A stretch of DNA of 64,000 nt. It comes from Chlorokybus atmophyticus (Eukaryota; Plantae; Mesostigma and Chlorokybus algae). A program made the position numbers and the translations under genes. The notes below the pieces were generated by a model that did no database searches, was not told the origin of the DNA, and saw nothing but the letters and a program-made list of their open reading frames with translations. Below, piece by piece: positions 1-9,508 of the stretch. Where the stretch lies: contig RHPI01000671.1 in NCBI GenBank assembly GCA_009103225.1, positions 3,531 through 67,530 of the forward strand, written 5' to 3'. The number at the start of each line of letters is the position of its first letter. Within the stretch, counting starts at the first letter, position 1.

Positions 1-411
1 CACACGCTAGCAACCCCTGCTAACCACCACCAAGCTTGCACACAAGAAACTAGGGAGCTAAAGGTTGTATTGCAAATTGTAGAATGTCACTTTTATACCT
101 ACCAGTCTGCACATGCTACTGTCTAGACGATTCTAGCACTAGACGGAACTAGAAGCTAAGATATTCTTGCAGAATCTTGTAGTACACTTCTAGACCTTTC
201 CAACGCACCAAAGATCTCCTAATTTGCTGCTCATATGGTCAAGTTATACTACTTGGCGCCAGGCCCTTCCAGAAATCTGGTCGAGCCCTTCTCGACTGGC
301 CCTCCGTTTTCTGGCACCTTCCGGACTGGTCTTGGGGCCCCGGTCGATATCCGCGGCAGACTCATAACTCGCCGATATCCGCCACAAGTCATAAAAAACA
401 TGTACTTTACA
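1..411 (-). mobile_element. LTR-like segment in the opposite orientation, adjoining a truncated integrase
   Basis: The minus strand begins TGTAAAGTACA at 411, passes a block rich in TCTAGA/CTAGA motifs (120-200) and reaches GGTATAAAAG (TATA-like, ~91-100). The integrase homology on the + strand is lost at ~430-450. No partner LTR is in the window. Confidence 0.4.
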
Positions 412-430
412 AATAAGGCCTAAAACGGCC

Positions 431-1272
431 ATGAAAATCACAGAATTTGGCCTTGACTGTTACAATCATCGCCGCACTTTGCGTGACCACCCTCAAGCCG
501 ACGGTCTCACGGAGCGGACAGTACAGACTATCAAGAAGGCACTCCGCATGTGCGTACTGGAGTATGATAAGAACACCTGGGACGACCATCTTCCGTGGGT
601 GGCTCTTAATTACCGATTGTCAAAGCATGCGGCTCTGCGCGAGTACAGCCCATACTACCTGCTGTTCGGGCGTCCGCCATTGCTTCCCTTTTGTGAACAG
701 CAGGAAGTGGACCGTGTGGTGCCCAACCTCGACGATCCCAACTAGATACACCACGACATTACCACACGCGCAACGCTGTTCGAGCACAACGTTCCAATGG
801 CCTTCAACAACTTGCGCAGCACCGCGACACCCTGCGCTACGAGCGTGTGCGGAGCGGCTTTCACAAGGAGCGCCAACGGCGATTTCAAGCAGGGGACGTT
901 GCCTACCGCATGACAGCCACGCTCGACACCTCCGTAGGCCGCACCGTCTACAAGGTACTCAAGGTGTACCCCACAGGAGTGCTAGACCTCCTTGGTCAGA
1001 ACGGCGAGAGGTTGAAAGACAACATGGTGAACTGCGCGCCATGTCACCTTCCTTACATAGCGGGCTTCGCGCGCATCCAGCACCCTCGCCCCGCCCGCAG
1101 CACACGTTGTGAATGCTGCGGCAGCGCCGGCGATGGCGCACTGATGATGCTCTGCAATGGCTGTAACAAGGGCCTGCGTTGCTACTGTCTGGAGCCCCCA
1201 TTGGACGCAATACCGATGGAGGGGTACTGGTGCGATGATTGCCGCACCCACGGTCCTCCTCACCTGCGTTAA
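431..1272 (+). mobile_element. Degenerate Ty3/gypsy-type LTR retrotransposon integrase (C-terminal half) ending in a PHD finger
   Basis: HPQADGLTERTVQTIKKAL...WDDHLPWVALNYR...YSPYYLLFGRPP is the integrase core end with the catalytic Glu. RFQAGDVAY...YKVLKV is the SH3/GPY-F-like tail. CECC...LCNGCNKGLRCYCLEPPLDAIPMEGYWCDDC is a PHD finger (1108-1242). There is an in-frame stop at 743-745 plus frameshifts. Confidence 0.85.
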
Positions 1273-1317
1273 CAACTGAGCTCTGGAGCTGGAACATCCC
1301 CAGAAGCTCAGGAGTGC

Positions 1318-1553
1318 CTTGTTGACTGTTTGTCCTACAGCTTAGCATGTACATTAAGGAGGACACCGCCTCCACATGTCCGTTTAACTCAGCAACAGCG
1401 GAGCAGCTCCACCAAGCACTCCTTACCATACGAGCCGGATTATCTTTTACTTTTGCTACATGTTGTAACATGTTGCAGCAGCAGGGCTAGCAAGCATGTC
1501 TTTCTCTGCAGCGGCCCGAGACAATGTGATCCTCGACTCCCCTCGACCCGACA
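1318..1553 (+). repeat. Imperfect ~235-bp direct repeat, copy 1 (copy 2 at 2151-2381)
   Basis: Both copies run from CTTGTTGACTG...GGAGGACACCGCCTCCACATG to CCCCTCGACCCGACA, with scattered substitutions. Confidence 0.9.
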
Positions 1554-2150
1554 CCTGTCATGCCTGGTGCCCACGCATACCAGCCTTCATCGAGCATGTC
1601 TACATCGAAACCATCGCCCGGCCTACCAGCATATCAGCGCGCGCGCGTCACTGACCAGTAGCTAGGTTATGACTCCAGAGTAGCTCACGACCATAGCCTA
1701 CATAGGTACCGCGCGTAGCTGTTCAGTTGTAAGTTCAACTATAAGTTGTGTTCTATATCGAGTGCCAATCGCTGTAGAAATAGCCTCGATATGACCGTTA
1801 GCTTATGTTCTGAACAGTCATGATTTGACTTGTATAAGTGGTCACAGTGTTCACCGGATCAGCTAGTGACACTGTGAGTGAGAAAGCTAAGAGCTTGTGA
1901 AACGACTTGAGAAGCGAACACGCCATCCTGGTTACCAAGAACCCCCTCACTGTGTGAGAGCCTGTGCATGCTCGTGCGTGCATCATGCTTATCATCGCTG
2001 TGAGCTTGGTGTGCCTGGTTGCAGTGTGTTTGTTGGCATCAGTCAGGGCATAGTATCCACGTGTTGCTTGCTCATTCACCTCACTTAACAGTGTAACACA
2101 TTTTCCGCTCATGCAAGGAACTGTGTAAACAGCACTACCTATAGTAGTGG

Positions 2151-2381
2151 CTTGTTGACTGCGTGTCCTACAGCATGTACACTAAGGAGGACACCGCCTC
2201 CACATGTTCGTGTGACTCAGCAACAGCGGAGCAGCTCCACCAAGCACTCCTCGCCATACGAGCTGGGTTATCTTGTACTTTTGCTACTTATTATAACATG
2301 TTGCAGCAGCAGGGCTAGCAAGCATGTCTTTCCCTGCGGCGGCCCGAGACAGTGTGACCCTCGACTCCCCTCGACCCGACA
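2151..2381 (+). repeat. Imperfect ~235-bp direct repeat, copy 2
   Basis: Collinear match to 1318-1553. ORFs 1330..1665 and 2152..2487 share near-identical translations. Confidence 0.9.
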
Positions 2382-2459
2382 GAGCGTCAGCTGCACACTC
2401 ACTTGTACATTGATAGGTGTTGAATGTCAGCTGCTTTCGCAGCTTCAAAGAGACCTACG

Positions 2460-2860
2460 CGGGGGACTATGTGAGACCGATGGTTGAAAATCTCAACTTC
2501 AAGTTTACGAAGGCCTCCTTTGTGCAGCTCACTGCCACACTGTTGAGAAGCAAGCATGCAAGTAAAGAGGGCAAGCAATGACACACAGGAGAAGGCAACA
2601 CACTTCCCAATTTATTACCAACAGACCGCGGGGTTATATACCCGCCAGTCAGTACACAGTTTGTACACACTGCTGGTCTACATGCAACAGCGTCCGACAT
2701 ACTGAACATATCCTACGCTGTAAGATGTGCCACGTAGCTAACTTGATAAGCTTTGTAACAAGCTATGCCACGTCCTATAAGACTGAGTATCCTATGAGAT
2801 ATGACGATTCTCCTAGGACCCTTCTCTGCAGTCCGCGCCAGGACCTTCATGTCCGGAGTC
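2460..2860 (+). mobile_element. Possible polypurine tract plus 3' LTR of the gypsy element
   Basis: GGGGGACTA is followed by TGTGAGACC at 2470, a PPT/TG-start arrangement downstream of the integrase. The right end (...GGACCTTCA) is a guess. Confidence 0.3.
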
Positions 2861-2907
2861 TTCGAGGTCCTCCCATCGAGGTCCCTTCTCTTCTCTCTTG
2901 TATGCAG

Positions 2908-3864
2908 GGCAGGCTGACCGGATGTAGGAATATCTTCAACACACACCCTTCTTGGCAGCCGTTGTACCAGAGAATATCAGCAACGGCTTTGGCACACCAG
3001 GTGAGAACACTACGCCAGCATATACAAGTACAAACTTCAGTACCTCTTGCACACATGCACATGCATGCTAGGCAACTGTGCATGCACATGCACATGCAGT
3101 TGCACATGTCTACACACAAACACATACATGTTAGGGTTGTGGCCATTGGACCCTAATGCATTAGATGACCGACTGCATGCTCCTGAGCTAGCTCTTCCCC
3201 CCACCAGCTGAGGAGGAAGGGGTCATTGATCCCCACCTTGTTGAGGCTGCTTTCTAAGAAGAGTTTGGCCACGATCTGATGAGGAAAGTGTGCATGAAGC
3301 AGAGCAACAGCAAGCTGAGGATGAACAAGGTAGAAAGTAGTCTTTGGGCACAAAGGAGATGTTACCTGGTTTAACACGCTGAGGGTTCTTGCAAGGGAGC
3401 ATGCTGCTCACTCGCCCTAATCATATAGAGGTTGAGAGATCGCCAGGCAATGAAGGACAGGACCATCGCCGACAGGCTTGCACGCAAAGCTTACCTCGCC
3501 CAGCGCAGAAGAGGCAACCCTAGAGATGGTAGTCAAGGCAGCAGAGAGAGAGGCAAAGGCGAAGCAGCGTGCAGAGGAGAAGGCGGCTAAAGAGGTTGCC
3601 AAGCAGGCAGCGAAAAGCGGCCAAACAGCTGCCAAAGAGGTCAAGACCTTACAGGCCCTGCGCACACGTGAAGTCAACAGCAGCGACAGTGACAAGGACT
3701 GGGAGGAGCTGCAACCAGCAGCATGGGCGGAGCTGGAGACAGAAGCAACAACAAGCTTGCCTTGCAGGATGCCGCTGGGCATGCCGCATGGACTACCAAG
3801 CGCGCAGTCAACCGCAGCTTCACTCCGTAGAGGGGACTGTTACTTGCCTTGTAGATACCTGTGA
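2908..3864 (+). pseudogene. Pogo/Fot1-like (DDE_1) transposase C-terminal relic with an intron
   Basis: Splicing GT3001..AG3134 gives AAVVPENISNGFGTPG-LWPLDPNALDDRL, resembling the NIxSGFxxTGxWPxNP motif of pogo/Fot1 transposases. A K/E/A-rich coiled tail follows (ORF 3478..3864). Several in-frame stops. Confidence 0.55.
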
Positions 3865-5786
3865 ATACATATAGTACAATGACTTACTTGTTAATACATC
3901 TTTGCCCTTACCATACATGACTGCGCACATGCACACACCTTCATCACAACACACACAGACATACACACACACATAGTCAACCACATGTAGTCCTCAATTA
4001 CAAACACACACGCACACTGTCAACAGCAATTGAGCATATACTCACGCAGTCAACTTGTGCGACTCACAATGACACGCACACAACACTCAGCTAACAATCG
4101 CACGCTGCTAGACACACACTTGCTCACCAGGCAAAGTAATCACCAAGGCAGACAGGCGCCGCCGCCATTGTAACATGGGGCGCCTGAGCTGCGCCACCGC
4201 TTTCTCCTGCCAACACAAGGATTCTACCATACTCTCTTACCCTCGCCCACGCAACCTCGCCGCCGCAGAGCTTCAGATCTTACCCAATTCAGGCGTTTTC
4301 CTTACATCCGAAGTAAGGAAACGCCTGTGCTCAACGCAACCCTACGACACTGATCTTAAAGCAGCCATTGACAGCGCCTGCCTTGCGGGTAAATTAGTTG
4401 AAATAAGTGGGCTGTATAGCGTGTCACACAGGCTATCCAACAAGCCTACACACACCCCACTCCGAGCAGTATGTCACGCAAGCTCCTTATCCGAAGAATG
4501 GTACACTTACCCTACGTACACATGTACCTGTATCAGTTTATCCCAAAGAACAGCCATTAAACTATTGAAGGTTATGTGTGGCGGTCCACGCGAACGGGCG
4601 TCGGTCGGCGCGGCGCCGGCCTCGCGCGCGGTTTCTGGCCTTTTTCGCCGGTCGGGCCCCAAAAGTAAGCAGGCCATGTGCGGGGCTCTGCGAGCTGTGC
4701 CAGCGGAAGGAAAGTCTCAAGTACAACCTATTACAACCTAGTAAAACGTATCAAATGCCGCCGTTTTCCTTCTCGAACCAGCCTGGAACGCTCTAAAGCA
4801 ATCTCATGATACTGGCTTCAAGCAACCGTGACCCCTCAACCCGTTACCAAAGCGGTAGCTAATGACGGTTCGTGGCGTAGATGCAGTCGAGATCTCTCAA
4901 TGCCTTGCATCGCAAAGTAAGGGACTGTAGGGACCCAGGGGACACGTCGAGGTCGAAACGCAAGCACCAGACTGGCAAAACTCCGCGGGGCTAGACGACG
5001 CAGAATGTAAGGCCAAGATCTCACTATGATTAAGTTATATGATTGATGAAGCTTGTTGCTGTCTTTATCGCTTGGTTGCTGAAGGGATGTACACTCTCCC
5101 CTCGCTGTAATCACATGCTTTCCTACGACACCCTCTCAGTAGTGACAAAACACCGACTAACCGTCTTGCATGAGGCAAAAATGTCCACCTTTGTAATGTT
5201 TATCGCACTCCCTGTAAGGACAATCGGTGCTTGTAGGGAGCGTCACTATACAGAGGGTAACATGTAGGTGCCCTTAATGCCTTTATGCATGGATTAGGGT
5301 TTGCAAATCTCGTTATAGTGACCAGTTGTCATTACATGGAATGGCATAAACAGTTCGATATAATCTAGGTGAATGCACATCTCGCTATTTTCACATTAAT
5401 AATTTATATCCTGCTGATAAATCCCTCGTTGTAATGACAAATGGTCCCTATTTGTTATCTAGCAGTACTGCGTTATAAACCGTCACTACATCGCGGGTAG
5501 ACTGTAGGTTCACGTTTGCTAACGTTCATTTTCCGCTCTCGGGCCAAGCCCTACCGTGGGGCCCCTATGGCAAGGTCAAAAAGTCTGCTGCGTGACCCAT
5601 TGCGAGTGTTTGCGCTTGCACGGCGCCGGCGGCGGCGGGACGTGTCTGCAGCGGCGCAGGTGAGGGTTGGCTGCCGCTGCGCATGCTGTAAGCAGGCCTC
5701 CCATACCCAAGAGGCTTGCAGGAGTGTGCTGCTGCCCTGCTACGCTTGCTGACTTGCGTGCATGTGTGGTCTCATCGCAGTCAGAC

Positions 5787-6046
5787 ATGGCGAGGGTGGC
5801 CACGCTGCTGGCGCTGGCGCTGGCGCTGCTGCTAGCGGCGGCGGCGCCTTCCACAGCAACTTTTGCTACCATTACGTAAGTTCTGCCTGTATTCTTGGGC
5901 CAGAGGCAGCGTGGTCTACGTGCACGTGTCTCTGCAAGGCACAAGTTTCGTCCTTCAACGGACGCTTCACCCCGTCTGTATGGACATGCATGTGACATGA
6001 TTGCACGCCTGCAGGGGCTGCGTCTACTGTGACGTATGCGACAATG
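5787..6046 (+). CDS. 5' exons of a secreted Pollen Ole e 1/extensin-family (FOCL1-like) protein
   Basis: Exon 5787-5875 (MARVATLLALALALLLAAAAPSTATFATIT, a signal peptide) splices GT-AG to exon 6015-6046 (GCVYCDVCDNG). This matches the GxVYCDxC start of the Ole e 1 domain. A 5'UTR intron lies at 5660-5780. The gene is cut at N6070. Confidence 0.8.
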
Positions 6047-6154
6047 GTAAGCCAATCTCCTCCCCCCCCNGTCTCGCAGGGTTGCAGAGATGGTCAACAT
6101 GAAGTCGATATTGCTGCTGGCTGTTAACCAGTGCAAGGATCCTTCTCAATGCAG

Positions 6155-6283
6155 GTGCGGCGAATTGACTCGTCGGATGCCCCAGAGGCAGAGTTAAAGA
6201 AGGCCTTGGAGCTCCCAGACCTGCGCGAGTTTGCAGATCAGTTGCTGCTGGCGATGGATCCGTCTCATGCAGAAGCGTGTTAG
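6155..6283 (+). pseudogene. Orphan duplicate of the last ZNHIT3 exon inside the left arm
   Basis: [42 protein letters not shown], mirror of 11464-11592. The preceding intron is truncated at N6070. Confidence 0.8.
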
Positions 6284-6571
6284 CAAAGGGTGTTAGTAAG
6301 TTGGGTACACATGCGTTTGTGTAGGTCTTGTATATATAGCTTGTTGTGATATATATGCTCCGGGTGTCCCTTGTTAAGCAACATGAACAAAAGGGCTGAG
6401 TATAACATAGGGTTCGCGTTCGCCCAGCTCGCTGCAGACATCGCCGAGGGCTCAGCAGCTGCGTTGGGCAAGGTGACATGCTTGCCTAAGATAGCGTCCA
6501 GCTTCTGGCCGGCGTTGTCCTGGCCCAAGATGAAGCATGCTTTGGCCGCACGCGCATGTTCTCCGCTTCTT

Positions 6572-6642
6572 GTAGTGTACAGTATGGACGGCAACTTCAC
6601 ATGCATAATGCATGTGAAGTTGCCGTCCATACTGTACACTAC
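6572..6642. repeat. Perfect 71-bp palindrome (35-bp arms, 1-nt loop), MITE-like; mirror copy at 11105-11175
   Basis: GTAGTGTACAGTATGGACGGCAACTTCACATGCAT-A-ATGCATGTGAAGTTGCCGTCCATACTGTACACTAC. The core CAGT...ACTG is flanked by TA. Confidence 0.95.
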
Positions 6643-8238
6643 GGTTTGCTGGTCGGTAATACAGTGCTGAGCATGCGCATAGCAAGCAGTGCTAAAACGG
6701 ACATAGTTCCCACGCGTGAACGGACTCGACAAGCTTTCCAATAAACACCACTCACTGCCAGTCACTGGCCTGTAAGCACAAGCACCCACTCAAGCATAAC
6801 TCGATTAGCCGCTCGCTTGCTACCCCACACACACGCCCAACGGCGCGAAGCACACCGTAACCCTCATGCAAACCGCGCTGAATGCCAACCCTGAAGCCTG
6901 CTACCCCGCAATCGCCGCCTCCTCCTCCTTCTAGTCCTTCTCCTGCTCCACCTCCCTGGCCGCCGTCGCCACTGCCATTTTGCCGCCACTGACGCTCGGA
7001 GCGTACAGTTTAAAGTGTTCGAAAGGAGCAGCGCATCGCATGCTAAGCTTGCGTGCTGCTGTGTGAGGCAATTTAGAGTGCAGCGTTTGGTGCGATGAGC
7101 GAGCGGGCAAGCAGCAGTTGTTGGTGGGGCGCAGCAGGATGTAAGCTGAAGGAGATGAATGTGGAGGCAGCGGCGTAGCAGGAGCATGAGGATGGGATCA
7201 GAGCAGCCTGTGGCGAGACAAGCGGGAGCGGAGCTCAGCCTGTAAGAGACCAGCGGGAGCGGTGCTGATTAGCGTTGCAAGCTTGGCTATTGCTTGCTTA
7301 CATGCTGATAGTAAGCAGAGCGCTTGAGGTTGCTTCGTAGTGGCAAAGGTGCAGGACAACTTGACAGCCTGACTCCACCCGGCCTTCCGCTGGCCATCAT
7401 GTACGTGCATGCAAGCCTTAAGTGCCTGTCATGTTTACTAGTTGCATGCGCGTGCTAGCGTGCTGCGCTGTTGCGTGGCCCTGTGCTGGACGTTGTTGCT
7501 GTGACGTGTGAGCTTAGGCGTAGCCATGGACATGACCCGAACCCATTGTACGTCTGTAATTAATACGCACTACTGTTGTATTCTGTTACTAGGGTCATAT
7601 ACAAACTACCATATCTATTAACTACTGCTGGCCTGCACAGACAACAAGTGTTGAGTGTTGTTTGTTGCAGCATTTTCGTTGGACATACCATACAAGACGC
7701 ATTGATGACTGATCTGTCCGTTCTAGCGTTTTGTGATGTTTTGAGGAGTTGTGAGATGCTGCCATCTGCTCAATGAACGGTTGTTGCTGGGCCTCCCACT
7801 ACAACAACAAGTAACTTTGCCGCATGAGCTGTGGAGATGACTCTTTGCACAAGGTTGCATGCAGACAGCAGCATGTTGGGAAAGCCTAAGCTCAATGCAA
7901 AGCTGTGGTAGACAGCTTTACAGGGAGCTTGCCAGACTCTCAGACTCAGATTACACATCAAAGTGTGGCCACAGCTGCGATTGCACGCAATATTTGTGAT
8001 TGCAAATGCTGCGGGCAACATGCAGCACATGGCATGGTTTCAATGTTGTTGTCGACACTGAATGCACACACTGTAAGCAAAGACATGTGCGCACGAAAGA
8101 GCATTTACGAGCTTACTGAAGCTCAAATCCTGCGCTGCGGCATTCTGGCGCTAAGCTATGCACACAGGGTAGGGGCTATGTTCAGTATGCAACACAATGG
8201 CCTATGTTTCTACGTTTGGGGCAATCTTGTCACGACTA

Positions 8239-8628
8239 CTAGTGGTGATGACCGCCGTCATCATCGTAGCATCTGTCAAAGTTGCAGTTCTCCGAGTATC
8301 TCTGTGGCAAACGCACAGTCACAAGCTGTCCCATGCATTTGATAACAAATCAACGCACGCAACACATAAACAGACACGCGCAGACACTGCCAAGCTGGTG
8401 GCCCTCACCTCATATGATAGGCCCCAGAACTGCTTCGCCTTGGATTCGTCGGATGTGCCGCAAGCAGCGTGGAACTGGTTGATGACTTCATCACAAGAAT
8501 AGGGGTAACGACTCACACCACGGCTGCCTTGATACGGCGCAGCCGCGTTGAGCAGCGCCGTTGCCGCGGCACGAAGGAAGTCATCGTGCGAAGCGGCTGC
8601 ATCACTGAGAGTGGCTGAACCGCAACGC
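8239..8628 (-). pseudogene. Inverted duplicate of the last two exons of the FOCL1-like gene
   Basis: Mirror of 9119-9508 inside the left arm. Confidence 0.8.
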
Positions 8629-8704
8629 CTGCCATAGGAGAGTTGTAGATATGTGAGCCTCATTGGCAGCATAGCAATGGATGCAAGAAATCTGCCCAAC
8701 CAGC

Positions 8705-9508
8705 CCATCTCCCCCACCGCCTTCTCCGCCCCCACCGCCTCCGCCCAAGTCCTCGCCACCGCCCCCAAAGTACTATTACAAGTCGCCTCCTCCCCCGAGC
8801 TACTACACCAAGTCCCCGCCTCCACCCAGGCACACCTGCTGGGACTGTGAGCACAAGGAGTGTGACGGTGTGCAGTCCTGCTCTCCTGGCTTTTGGCAGC
8901 AGTCTGACAAGTCCTGCCACTGGCCCTCTTACTACCAGTACGGCTCGGAGAGACAGAGAGGCACCCTGCTTGTGGATGCCTTCAAGTGCTCCCGGGGCGA
9001 TACGTGCTACAGGTACTGGCCCGATTTGCACCTGTTGCACCTGCTGGTTGGGCAGATTTCTTGCATCCATTGCTATGCTGCCAATGAGGCTCACATATCT
9101 ACAACTCTCCTATGGCAGGCGTTGCGGTTCAGCCACTCTCAGTGATGCAGCCGCTTCGCACGATGACTTCCTTCGTGCCGCGGCAACGGCGCTGCTCAAC
9201 GCGGCTGCGCCGTATCAAGGCAGCCGTGGTGTGAGTCGTTACCCCTATTCTTGTGATGAAGTCATCAACCAGTTCCACGCTGCTTGCGGCACATCCGACG
9301 AATCCAAGGCGAAGCAGTTCTGGGGCCTATCATATGAGGTGAGGGCCACCAGCTTGGCAGTGTCTGCGCGTGTCTGTTTATGTGTTGCGTGCGTTGATTT
9401 GTTATCAAATGCATGGGACAGCTTGTGACTGTGCGTTTGCCACAGAGATACTCGGAGAACTGCAACTTTGACAGATGCTACGATGATGACGGCGGTCATC
9501 ACCACTAG
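8705..9508 (+). CDS. 3' exons of the FOCL1-like protein: extensin repeat plus PDF1-like C-terminal domain
   Basis: Exon to 9012: PSPPPPSPPPPPPPKSSPPPPKYYYKSPPPPSYYTKSPPPP...CSPGFWQQSDKSCHWP. Exon 9119-9338: ...FLRAAATALLNA...YPYSCDEVINQFHAA... Exon 9446-9508: RYSENCNFDRCYDDDGGHHH*. The introns are GT-AG and keep the frame. Confidence 0.8.

Larger units (their letters stand above)
6071..8704. repeat. Left arm of a 2,634-bp inverted duplication
   Basis: More than ten ORF pairs have identical translations and coordinates summing to 17747 (e.g. 6280..6789- and 10958..11467+). The arm ends were located by direct reading, and the arm starts immediately after N6070. Confidence 0.95.

Noticed and set aside
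6371-8502. Many short ORFs occurring twice in opposite orientation
   Set aside because: They result from the inverted duplication, not from independent genes. Most are non-coding or antisense frames.
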